Shown piece by piece: positions 23,101 to 35,500 of a stretch of 64,000 nucleotides of DNA (its first letter is position 1; each line of letters starts with the position of its first letter). Below the pieces are notes generated by a model. That model was not told the DNA's origin, did no database searches, and worked only from the letters and a program-made list of their open reading frames with translations. The position numbers and the translations under genes are program-made. Source of the DNA: Podarcis filfolensis (Eukaryota); assembly GCA_964270895.1 (NCBI GenBank), contig OZ185435.1. One strand, written 5' to 3'.

Positions 23101-23417
23101 TTCCTTTGAGAAGGGGTCATGCACTGAGACTTAATGACTATCTCTGATTTAACCTGCTGCCATGAATCCTTAATAAAGTGTACCTGATTCCTAAAGAAAG
23201 GCAGGCAAGTGGCTTTTATTTCAAATGACCCACTTTTCTTCACCCTCATTCCATGCCATATCTGGGTGGCAAGAGTCAGGTATACAATTCATTGTACACA
23301 TTTATTTATTTTCCCCTAATGGAGAATGCAGGACCACCAAGCAGTGTTTTACCTTTGAAGACTTGGCATGGACAGCCCTCTCTCTGTGAGGAGAAGCAAC
23401 AGAAGCAGGAATCCCAT
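19997..23417 (-). CDS. FREY1: FREY1 / C11orf94 orthologue, complete, 91 aa; complement(join(19997-20133,22095-22168,23353-23417))
   Basis: Spliced product MGFLLLLLLLTERGLSMPSLQRLSPSVPEEFSAPLELQQQHFGLVDDYGIKPKMPNFRRRIQRKESEKLQKAHKSKRDEPNFEEYYYDDLL. It matches remembered human motifs SVPEAFSAPLEL, GLVDDYGILPK and KRDGPDLAEYYYDAHL. It has the syntenic position and strand between MAPK8IP1 and PEX16, and the phases (2, 1) join in frame. Confidence 0.92.
21000..21660 (-). mobile_element. Two degraded L2 3' fragments
   Basis: tttatttattaaatttgtataccaccc tail; ttccacaaatagggagccaccactgcagaaaagg; ctttataggtcaaaaccagc. Confidence 0.6.
21720..22055. mobile_element. Two adjacent degraded palindromic MITEs in FREY1 intron 2
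   Basis: ggactacaactcccatc...gatggtgggaactgtagtcc cores at ~21745-21885 and ~21935-22050. Confidence 0.7.
22095..22168 (-). CDS. FREY1: FREY1 exon 2 (74 nt, or 77 nt from 22171)
   Basis: ttctgcag-cag| acceptor; RLSPSVPEEFSAPLELQQQHFGLVD G|gcatgt (GC donor). Confidence 0.9.
23353..23417 (-). CDS. FREY1: FREY1 exon 1 coding part (65 nt)
   Basis: ggccggATGG, first ATG after an in-frame TGA 42 nt upstream; MGFLLLLLLLTERGLSMPSLQ AG|gtaaaa; phase 2 fits exon 2. Confidence 0.82.
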
Positions 23418-23807
23418 CCGGCCAGTCAAATCCAACAATGGTACTCTTATTGGCTTTCAGCAATGGAACTTAAGACAGCTCCCAGTGCCTACAATGCCAT
23501 CACAAAGGGTAAAGAACACACAGCATTCTGACTCCTAGGTAATGGGCCTGCCCAATGGGGCCAGCCTAAGAATGCAACTTGTGCAGCCCGTTTGGAAAAA
23601 GTGTCCTCTCAGGCAAAGTTGCATGCTTCTACAGCTCTTTTAGCTGAGCCCCGTTTCAGAGAAACAAGCTTGACGTACTTTCTCACCAGGCATAGTTGAT
23701 CCTATGCCCACTTTCTTTCCATGAAGTCACATTCTCTAGGAACAAGAGGAGAGCCCCAGCTTATGCGCCAGCCAGGCTTCAGTAACACAGCATCAAAGTA
23801 ACTAGTA

Positions 23808-23943
23808 CAGGCATAGGCAAACTCAGCCCTCCAGATGTTTTGGGACTACAACTCCCATCACCCCTAGCTAACAGGACCAGCGGTCAGGGGTGATGGAAAT
23901 TGTAGTCTCAAAACATCCGGAGGGCAGAGTTTGCCTATGCCTG
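23808..23943. mobile_element. Intact 136-bp palindromic hAT-type MITE
   Basis: Perfect 16-bp TIR CAGGCATAGGCAAACT/AGTTTGCCTATGCCTG; 8-bp TSD AACTAGTA/AACTAGTG; whole element folds back. Confidence 0.9.
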
Positions 23944-26513
23944 AACTAGTGAGTTAGGCAGCTGTGCAGGTTCAACATTAGAGCGAGGATACTGAGGCAT
24001 ACTGCACTCCCCCCTCCCACCATTTTTTTTACCTAACAAAGATCAAACTCCAAAGTGTGTAACAACTGGTAGAAATACTAGCACAAATGAGGGGGCTATC
24101 AAAGGTGCTGTTCTGTATAATAGATGTATGACTATCTGCCTGCTGAACATTATGGCCTTGGTACACTGAGCTTGTGGCTCGCAGGGGCAAATTTATTCTC
24201 TTGAGAATCAGAGAAATTGATGGGTGAGGCCTTCAGGGACATAATAGGAGAATCCCACACTCTCCAGCTTTCACAGAGAAGGGGAATCTGTCAGTTGCTT
24301 GCATTAAGGTGTCACAACTGAGGCATACAGTGTATGTTTGGTCCTGTTTTAAACTGCCCTGAACCATGTGGTTCAACTTATAGGGCCAGTCTTCATCAGA
24401 TGGAGACTAGAAACCCGATTGTAACTTTTCTCTCTCACCTACCATTTCTTTAAATTCAAATTCTCCATCTCTCTCACTTCTGTTTTTATTTATGCTTTAT
24501 TTTGAAGACTGAACTGGTGAGCTAGCGAAAATGGGCTTCCAATCAGTCTAGCCACTGGTCGCTGTTACAAAACTGTGGAGTAGGAAAGAAGGGTAAATTA
24601 AACAAAGGCCTCTTGCCAGTAGTGACTGCAGTAGTCTATCGTTTCACCCATAAATCCCTCCAAGGACCCTCCATAAGGTGGTGATGGTACCTACCAATTA
24701 CAGGGAGAAGGTAGGAAGATGGGGATGAGACCCCAACTTCCAACAAACTTAAGAAGTTTGTGTGCCATCTGAAAACAGGACAGATTTTCCTTTATCAGCA
24801 AGCTTGCTGAAATGACTGATAGTCCTCCTCTACTAAACAAATTGTTCTAGTACATAGATCCTTTCCCTGGGATTAAGAACATTTATTTCCTATGGGTTTG
24901 GTTTTCGTTTTGCAGGAAAATTGTACTACACAGCAGAAAATGGAGGGCAGTTTCCCCCACCTGTCTGTTCAGGGAGGCTATTGCTAGCTTTGGGAAAAAG
25001 AAATATACAAGCTGAGCACTCTCCATACTGCCTTCTGAACCTGGTGGGCCCTGATTCATGGCAAGCCCTTCCAAGTATTCAGCCTACCACTGCAGAAACA
25101 GACTGAAGATGCTGGGAAGTGGCCTATCAGTAAATGCAGCCTTAGCAAGAAGGAAAAACAGACCATGCCAGTAAGTAACCGAGGAGGTAGGCAGCACAAG
25201 CACATTGTGCTCCATCTGCTGCTTTATGGGTGGAGAGAGTTGATGAAGCACTCGATTACTTACTTCTTGGACGCCTCGCATAGGGCAACCATTCTGATTT
25301 ATTTGACCCAGGCATCGGCTCAGGTCTTTATGTTTCATTTGCTGGGAACTCAGTTCTGCAGACACCAACCAATTTGCCGAGGCCTTTGGCCCTGCTTGCC
25401 AGCACCTCCGCAACCGGCAGTTTGTTCAGCGAAGCCCTGCAGCACACACTAGCTGTTATCCAGACAGTCTGCAAGCTGTGGAGCTGCATATCCTCAAAGG
25501 CAGGGCAAGAAATTAAGCAGGCTGGCAGAGAAGACCAGCAGCCACAGCCCCTGGCAGACCAGGCTCCAGCCGAGCAGCATATGGACCACTGGAAATAAGC
25601 CAAGGAAAAAAGCATACCCAAGAGCATTCTTGGCTTGCTGCCTGAGCTGGCCCAAGGGGTGCTCAGTTCCCTGCCAACCACAGCACCAAACTGCATATGT
25701 TTTAACTGTGAAAGACGGGGTGGGGTGGGGAATAAGCCTGGCTGTATAGCCAGAAAAGGGTAATGGGTTTGTGCAAAGAGCAGCAATAGCTTATTGTGAG
25801 CCTGGAAGCAGCTTTTCAGTGATGACTCTGGATTATGTGCCAAATAATAACATTAAGAAAATGGTTTGGAGCACATATCCTCACAGGGTTAATTCAAACA
25901 ATCCAATCCCACCCTTTGCATCTGAGAATGGGGTGCATGTGTGCGTGTGCACAACGGGAAACATTTCCAGGCTGGTTTGAATGCTAATTTTTGTCTCACC
26001 TCAGAAACAAAGCACTGGCAGTGTCTGCAAAACTCTGCCTTCCATCCCAGCTGGCCAGAAAGCAAGAGACCTTACTCCTCCTGGGGTGCACGTCCCCAAT
26101 ATTCAAGAGAACAGACCAAATTAGCCCAAAAGCACTGCCGACTCCCGGCTTTATTCATTCATAGCCATAGAAAATACATACCAAAAAAAAGGGTCCCCCT
26201 CCATAAGCCCCATGAGATCCAAAACCATATATCAGAATGGAGAGAGGAGTAGCATAGGAACCTTAAGACCTACTCTTTGTAGCATTCTTAGTTCACAGGG
26301 AGATACATTTAAAAAAAAGATGTCAGAAGAGCCCTTACTCTTCTCTCGGTAATCATTAGCATAAGCTATAGAAAGACACATGTTGTGTTGCTGCTGCTGC
26401 TGTTCTTTAAAGTCTCAAGGTTGCCTCCCGCTGTATAAAGTCATCCTACCACCACAAGCTTCTGCTTTTAGCCGGAGCGCCCTCTGGCTGCAATAACCTG
26501 AGCTGAGGCCAAA

Positions 26514-26572
26514 TCAACCCCAGTTGTAGAAATAAATTTTCTGCCAGGCTGGCAAGTAGTCCATCAGTGGCC
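26514..26572 (-). CDS. PEX16: PEX16 exon 11 coding part (59 nt)
   Basis: atttcag|GG CCA CTG...GGT TGA; [19 protein letters not shown]. Confidence 0.95.
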
Positions 26573-29500
26573 CTGAAATGAAGAAGGGAGAAAAATGTGA
26601 AAATGAACTGGAAGACCTTAAAGCAACATGTGAGAAATTAACTTGCCAACATTTGCTTCCACAACTGCCCCTTCCCAACCAACATCCTGAGTTCTGAAAT
26701 CACAGGTGGGGCATATGAAAGAAAGGATGTGGAGGGCTATTCATAGGGCAAGAAAAGAGATCTAATATTCATATATCTAAAGGAAGGACTGATATGAAAT
26801 ATATCTCAGGAAGGTGTCCCTTGCATAGACCCCCTTTGTCTTGACAGAAAAGATGTTTGGAGAAGGAAAACCGACCAATAATAATAACTGCTATTCCTGT
26901 GTTGCTCAACAGTCTCGATTCTGCACAGAATTGTCATTGCCAACTCCTAAAAGTTGCTATTTATTCAGACAATTTGTAAGCCATGCCTTCATCCACAACA
27001 TGTACATTTTTAAAAAGCAAGTATGAAAACAGTGAGCAGCATTCAATATAGCACTGAGATGCTTTGGTCAGGCAAGCAGAATTGCTTACACTGAAGGAAC
27101 AATCTCGTCTTTCCTCTGGCCACATGCTGCTCTGATGGTTCCCTGACTGCCCCACCACCACCACTAAAATCTCCAGGAGGAGATTTTAATGAAATATTAG
27201 ATCCCAAGCTAGATATAAACAGTGAAGGAAACAATCACCAAATATATGGAAGATTGATGTATCCTACTAAAAGAGAATATACATTTTCTTCAAATGTGCA
27301 CCAGCATCTTTTTAGGCTGTGGAGATACGTATGTGACAATAGCAGACAACTGCAGCAAAGCATTTTTAGTAGCCACACCTAAAGTCTTTGAAGAGACATT
27401 TCAGCTTCACAGATCCTAGTGCCAACTTTTCAAATGTGGAGATCTTCTAGCCCTGCTGCTATCCTTGAATACCCCTCATCTAAGCACATGCTGAGTAGAA
27501 AGCCCCTTGAACTGGTTATGCAAAAACCAATGGAGGATTCTCCCTACGGTCTCCTTAACCTTTATCAGCTTCCTTTAAAAAGACCAATCACAGCAGTCAG
27601 CTACTTACGAGTGACTAGGCCAACTCCAGGGACGTAATCTGCCAGCAGGCGCAGCAGAAAGAGGATCCTGCCCCTGAAGGAACAGAGAGAGAGAGAGAAA
27701 GAGAAAAAACACCTCAGATGAGCCCATGAGAATGGCTTCCTTCCCAATGGGAAAGGGACTCTTGGAATGGAGCTTGCAGACAAAACCCATTGGGGTGCTG
27801 AATGCTCGCAAGCCACGGGTTTCTCTTTTAGAAATCCAGAGGTCTCCTTATGGGGGTGGGGATTTTAATACGGTTGAAAAGAAGCCAGCCAGGCAGCCTT
27901 ACTCAGAGTATCTATCATAGAAAGGAGATCTCAGCAGGTAGTACAGCAGCAGGAGAGTCCGACGCCTCAGCTCCACACGCTCGCGCTTGTTGAGATCTTT
28001 CATGTCACTCAGTAAACTCAAACTGCAGAAGGGAAAGCAGAGAAATCACAAGGGGCTGGATATGTGTGTGTGTGTAGAGTGCCAAGATATTCTCCCAATC
28101 ATTTTTAAAAAAATGATTCTCCTAATCATTTTTTTAAAGACAGGAGCGCAACTAGGCCCCAAGCCTGCCTGAGAGTAGTACTTATTGACCTGAATGATAT
28201 TCCTCCTAATCTAAGTGGTGAGGAATTTGACAAACACACACCCCCTCCCCCTGTTTCTCACTCTCCCCTTCCCACTTTTATGTTCCAAAGTTGAGTCCTG
28301 CTGTTGAAAATGAGTTCCAGAGGTACACCCTGGTTCAAAGGAAGCCTGGTACCATCTCTCAGAGAGCAGGGCCTGTAAGACAGAGTTGTTCCGCCTGGCC
28401 TTTGGCTTGGAATCAGCCCGATCCCCTCCCCCTCTTTCCTTTTCCTTCTGTGATGGAACCCCTAATTGGAGACTTCCCTGGCTTTTTGCTTTTTTCTGGC
28501 CCACGTAGGACCAGTCTGGATAGTTGGCCTTGGTGAAGAGTTGACGTTTTCTCCCCCCAAACAGTTTTTGATCTGGGCTTCCACTGAAATGAGGCTGCAT
28601 TTTAAGTTGTATTTTAATCAATTGTTTTTATACTTGATGTTAGCCGCCCTGAGCCTGGTCTTGGCTGAGGAGGGCGGAGTATAAATAAAATTAAACAAAC
28701 AAACAAATAAATGGGACAGGAGGACAACCCGGCAGCCTCTGCCACGAAAGATAAAGCCCTCCTTTTCCTGCCAGCTCCTCACAGCGGGGCTGCTTCTCCC
28801 CTTGAAGCTGCAGAGAAGCACACCACTAGTGGAGTAAAAACAACCAGGTAATCATCATGTTACAAAAAAATTAAGGTGGAAGAAAATGGATCCAGGACCC
28901 TGAAGTGCTTTTCTCCCAACTGACCTTGAGATATCCAAGACTGCTGAAAGGAGCCAGGGTCTCCAAGATCTCTGTCCCCATAAGCCTACGCTCACCACTA
29001 TGTGCAAGAGTTAAGGAACTGAACAGACAAGAGGCAAAAAAGAGACTTCCCAGCCGTCATAGAATCATAGAGTTGGAAGAGACCACAAGGGCCATCGAGT
29101 CCAACCCCCTGCCAAGCAGGAAACACCATCAGAGCACTCCTGACATATGGTTGTCAAGCCTCTGCTTAAAGACCTCCAAAGAAGGAGACTCCACCACACT
29201 CCTTGGCAGCAAATTCTCATGAGCCCAAGCGGGCTACAGTAGCAAAAATTAAAGCAGGATCAGAATAACAGGGGACGTTAATCTTCAGGCCCATTGACTG
29301 AAGCAAAGCCTCCAAGTGTTTGCACAGGAGTCAAGACCCGCTCAGCATTAAGGGCCATGATGCTCCACACTGGGGCTGCAGCTCTCTCTGGTGGCGTACA
29401 GGATACACTGCAGGGAGGATACAGTGGAGCAACGGGCGGGTAATGTAGATGGACTCAGCAACTGTTTCCTGGGCACTCAAAGGGGTTGGCCGCTGGTCTG

Positions 29501-32500
29501 TCTCCATTGCTCTTCGGTTCTGCTTCTCCTCCCTTTGCTGAGGCGCTCCCCAATGTCTGGAGTGCAGGGATGGGGCTAAAATTAAAAAGGAAGAAAGAAA
29601 AAGACTCAGCTTTTCATGGATATCATACTTTGGATGAGTAACAACAACAACAACAATTTATTATTTATACCCTGCCCATCTGGCTGGGTTTCCCCAGCCA
29701 CTCTGGGCAGCTTCCAACAAAATTTTAAAATACAATGGTCTGTTAAACATTAAAAGCTTCCCTAAAGAGGGCTGCCTTCAGCCACCAGCAGTATGTCTGC
29801 ACTCTCTGTACTTGTGCATCAATTTATTTAATTTCTATCCTAACCTTCCTCCCAAAGACCCCAGGGCAGCCAGCCATCAATCTGTTAAAACAATACAAAT
29901 TAAAATAATTTAAACTATCTAAACACTTTTTGTACCAGTATGTCAAAAACTGCTGCCGTTTATGGAGATGCCCTTGTGTGTCTGAGTACATTTATACATG
30001 TGCACACTTTACATTTGCAACCTGGCAACACATGCAGAAACCTAGTTCTACCGTAGGTGTAACATGGGAGACAAACGAGAAAGATACTCACTGCTATCGA
30101 GAGATCTCACAACACGGCTACAGCGCTTCCCCACATATATCCGCTCCTTCCCTATTGAGTTTACCTCCATATCTGTCAGGAGACAGGTAAATAAGACCAC
30201 AGTAAGGGGCAGGGGGAAAGACCTCCTCCACTCCAGTTCTTGGTTTGTTCAGGTTAGCACATTCATTGAAACAGAACAGCAGACTCACAGGCATGAGGAT
30301 ACATTAAGTCTGAGGAGAAATGTGACCCTCTGCAGACTGCTGACACTAAAGAAAAGCCTGGACAGGGCACCAGAAAATGCTCTTCAAACTTTCTAACATT
30401 GGCCTCCCTGCAGGGAGGAAGACTGCAAGCCCCAACCACAGCATGCCACAAGCTAAAGCCTAAAAACAGGGATAGCCAAAGAAATGCCCTCTAGATGTTT
30501 TTGGGCTATAATCTCTCATCATCCCTGACCAACGGGCTATGCTGGCTGGGGCTGATGTGAGTCCAGCAACAGCTAAAGGGCCACAGGGAGTTCAACAGTC
30601 TGTGAAAGGGTCTGCAAAAACCGAGATGAACAGCTGGTGAAATGACAAAGATTTTTCTGCTGCTCAGGTTACACAAACCCTTCCTTTTCTCAAACCTAGT
30701 CAATCAGTTGGCCGGCATTCGGAACTTCCTTCCTGACTAAAGCCAAAGTGGTTGCAATCCACCATGCACTTGACTCACCTTTCTGCTGCAAGGACTGCCT
30801 TCTGTCTAGAGGCACAATAGGAGGAGATGTCTGGATGCCAGTTTTGTACCACAGCAAGAGCAGGAGGCGCAAGATGGCCCTGTGGGTTAGAAAAAATCAA
30901 GGGCTATAAATGCCAGGCGCACACTAGACGCTTCACCGCCAAGGCGGTAGAAATATATAGCTCTCCGATTTGCCATCACAGGACCATTCACGCAACCTTG
31001 CATTTGCAACCCTGTTCAGTGATGTGTGTGCAGTGAGGTTCCTGTCAGGTTGCTGCTGTTACCAGAAGTTCCAGCTACAATCACTGGAGGAGAAGGAAGA
31101 GTTAAGACAGCAATCAGGTGAGGGATGCAGATGGGGAGCTGTAACTGGAGGAATCCCAAAGGCATACAGCTCCTTGGGCAGGCCCAGTTGGAACAAGGTG
31201 CTATCTGAGTACAATGACCCAATCCAGTCCCATGATGGAACACTGCAACTAGGGAACATTGTAAAACTAGAACAGTGCTCTCAGTGTCATGCAGGAAGTG
31301 CCCAACCTAGAGTACAGTGGTACCTCTGGTTATGAACTTAATTCATTCCAGAGGTCTCTTCTTAAGCTGAAACTGTTCTTATCCTGAGGCATGCTTTCGC
31401 TAATGGGGCCTCTTGCTGCCCGCGTGCCAGAGGTGCGCGATTTCCGTTTACATCCTGGGGCAAAGTTCACAAGCAGCTACTTCTGGGTTAGCGGAGCTCG
31501 TAACCTGAAGCGTTCGTAACCAGAGGTACCACTTTATTGTGGCACATTAACCCTAACAATCAAGGTTCCAACAAGAGTCTCTTTCCCCCGCCTCCCACCA
31601 AAGGATTCACATTTACACTCTTGGGATTCACAAGGTGCAATAGTTCCTCTCCGCTGAACACTCACTTGGCCAGCTGGATGAGGACAATGATGGCCCACCG
31701 GCCAGTCTCGCCCCACACCTTGGCTGCCCCCATCTCGGCAAAGACCTCCACACATTCAATGACACTCAGCCATGTCAATAGTTTCTGCTGGGGAAGTGCC
31801 TGCAAAGCAAGAGGCAAGTGAGAGACAACATATGCAACCGGCTTCAAGGCATAGCCAAAGTTCTCCTCTTAAACTGTAGCAAGGTGACTCTGCAGGGGAC
31901 TGAGAGGAGGAATGGGTCAAGAGTCCCTCATACAAAGGAAAGTAAGGGAACCAGCTGGATTCCAGTGGCCCTACCAGGCTCATCAATCAGCGAACAACAT
32001 AGATCTGTGTGCCACAGTTGTGTTTGCCTGCAGGTAGAGAGGTTAGCCGAACTCAAGCTTTCCTGACAAATAAGTTAGCAAAAAGTCTCTTGGGACACAT
32101 GGTGGGGTAAGTAACAGAGGATGGCTACCTTTCTCATTCCCTGCTTGCAAATCTCTGCTGGGAAGTTACTGTTGTATTTACAACATTGGATCAAATCAGC
32201 CTTCACCAACCTGGGGCATGTCATGTGCTGACTAGGGCTGGTGCAAAACATCTGGTCCAAAACATCTGGAGAGCCTCAGACTGGCAAAGGCTGAATTAGC
32301 TGGATCTTTAATCAGCAACATATTTCTCATGACTATAAGAAGTGGAACAGTAAGAGCCATTTATGTTGGGAGAAGAGTTCTGCATTCAGTGTTAATAATG
32401 CCTTTCTGCAAACTGCCTACATTTACTTAGGCTGCAGTCTTAAAGAAGACCAGGGAGTAAGCTCTCTTGAACACAGCAGAACCTGTGATGTGGGTTTTTC

Positions 32501-35500
32501 AGAAAATTTCAAGATGGGAAAAATATATACAAATTAATGTAATTTGCATAAAAAATAGTTGGCACTGGAAAATTTTCTCATGCCCTAGAGAGCGATCTAA
32601 TTTAGCGTGTTTATTCTACTTATGCTTAGTAAACAAAACACACTGAAACTGCCAAGTTTGCCTTATACTATATTTGTAATTGGCATCCATTTAATCATTA
32701 ATAATTAGTTTATGAAAATAGAAAGCTTTCCACAGAAAAATGAAGGACTGGAAAAAAATTCCATCCCACAATACTGAGCGGGACTGCTTGGTGAGTCAAA
32801 ATGCTCAGGACTGTACAACTGAGCTACACAAATTCTTATAATCACAGGGGTATAAATAATAAAATTATTAATTATCATCATCATCATCATTTATTTTGTC
32901 GGTCCCCTGATGACTGAGCAACCTGCTCCCTTTGTCTCCAAACCTTCAATGCTACCCCATGTCCTCAAACTTTCCTTTAAACTCAGCAGAGCCTGATGCT
33001 TTCTGTTCTACCACCACAACTGAAATGGAAGAAGATCCTAAAGAATATATTGATTTCAGTGAAAGATCAATTGGGCTCCTTCACCCACACCCACACCCCA
33101 ATCCTCAAAGGGAATTACATAGAGGCCAGAGTTCATGTGGTGCACACCAGGTAAAGAAAGAGTTGGATTTTGAATGGCTCAAGAAACTGGTGTCACTCAC
33201 AATATAAGCCAGCAGTATTCCTGGAGGCCACTGTAACTTTCATCAACCTTCCAGAATGTTGTGGCGCAAGCAGACAAGGGCTGGCAGATGCCCAAGATTC
33301 AACCAGATAGCAGCAACTTCAGAATCTATTGCCAACAGGATAAAATCCAGGAGCAACATTCTAGTCCTTGGCATGGGAGACAGTGATTGTACCCCACCTG
33401 CCTCTTCTCTTGCATAGAAAAGATTCTTACCACAGAAAGAGGGGGCTGCAGCTCTTTCCGAAGGATCCAGTCATTCAACAGCACCAGCAAATTGGAGGCA
33501 GAATAAACTGAGAAAGGAAAAGGTAGAAAAGGCACAGGAAGAATTACTGCTTATAACCAGGAAAAGAAAAAGGCCACTGATTAGAAGAGGACACTGATTT
33601 AATCAAACAACCTTTTTTTTGAAGGAGAGGCATCATGAAGGTAAAGTGAGCATTGCCATCTCTGGGCAGGTCTTCACAATTATGCAACTTTCTCAGTTGC
33701 ACATAGGTAGCCAAGTGTCTTGGCTCTCTTCCATAATCTGGTGCAATGAGTGTGTGTGGTAAACAGGTCCATTCCATTCTTGCCCTTGGCATGATGCTAT
33801 CAGATGGTATATCTTTATCACCATAAATGCTATTTCAGAATGGATGTTTGCTTATAGTCTTCATAATACCTTTGACCTGAGCTAGGCTGCTAGCACCTGG
33901 CAAATATTCTGGCCTTATTGAAGTAGGATGGCTGTTGCAAGAAAGAATGAGCAGAAGCAAATCAGATACAAAACAGACAGTAATTTGCTTGTTTTTAATT
34001 AGATATAAATGGCTTAGACATACAGGATCTGAACATCAATTTAATGGAGTGAAACTAGCCATTTGCTGGCAGTTGCCTAGGGCATCAGAAAACATTCACC
34101 ATTACCATTTATTTATTTAATGTATTTATACACTGACTTGAGAGTGAACTGAAACCCAACAAGATGAAAGCACTGTTGGTAGGCAGTTATTGTGTCTGGG
34201 AGTTGCAGAGAAAACCTCTTCTAGATGAAGTCACAGAGATGATTGGTAGTTTGTGAGTACTCCTTGTTCCAACTGCTTGAGCCCCAGAGTTCTGGATGAG
34301 TCACCAAATGTCCCCCTTCCTGGATTAGGATAGCTTGGGCACAGCGAACTCAAGAACAAATTGTTGTAATGCACTGTACTTGGGGATCCCATTGAAAATG
34401 GCCTGAAAATTGCAGCGTGTGCAGAATGCCACCACTGGATTATTGAACATTACAGCAAGGTGAGATTATATCTAGCCTTCAGGAACTATGCTGGCTGCCT
34501 CTGGTACCACACCCAATTTGTAATGTTAGCCTGTAAGGCCCTAGATGACTTAAGACCAAAATACTTAAAGGACCACCTCCTCTTTTTGAGTTTAGAGGTT
34601 CTACTATATTGTACACTGTCCTGAAATCCTTCTGGATGAAGAGCAGTCTAGAAAAACTATTAACTAACTCTTTCAAGATGGCTTACATTAAAACACAAAA
34701 TTACAATAAAATAAGGATGAATTACTGGGAAACTAGTAACTAATAAATGTCCACCGAGCATTACTAAAATGTCATCAAAACCAGCAGCAAGAACGGTATG
34801 ATAATTTTTAAAACCCTCAAGTGAAAAAAGTGGGCCTTCAGATCATTCTGAAAGGTCTATAGTGTGGCAGTCTAATGCAGCAATGAATTTTAAACCCTGG
34901 GGTCGCTACAGTGAACACCCTCTGCCTCATAACTGTGTGTGTGCCTCCCTGCCCACATTATTATCATTTCCCTTTGGGTCAATAGGCCTTCATAAGAAAA
35001 AGGATTTTTTCCAGTCCAAGCTCATTTACTCTGCACCAAAACTTTCAGCAACCACTGGGAAATCTTGGCTATGCATTAAATCTTTCTCCTTAAGACAAGG
35101 CCTCCTTCAGGTCATCTTCTCCCGACAAAGCATGACATTATTTGCAAAACATAGCATAGGTTTGGGACCCCACAGCCAATCTCCAGCTCTACTTACCCAG
35201 CTCAGACAGTTCATGAGAGTCAGAAAACCGACCTGGAAAATAAGCATAAGGAAGACATGAGCCAATATTCCACACTCTTTTGAAAACAGTCCAAACAGGT
35301 CTTCTGAGGGAAAGGCTTTGATGCAATTCTTACACAAATATGTTACCCTGTTGCTCAATCAGCCTGGAGGTTAAAATTTCCCACAGAAGCCTACATCTAC
35401 TCTGCATCTTCTTAACCAATACAGAGCTGCATTGCAGTTTCATCAACAAGAGGAGACACGTCCTATAGGTAAATGACAGATGACAATTCTCCAATTTGAG

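Noticed and set aside
23034-23249. ORF MRVKKSG... with donor CAG|GTACAC as FREY1 exon 1
   Set aside because: Phase 0 does not fit the phase-2 exon 2 and it has no hydrophobic leader; 23353-23417 fits both.
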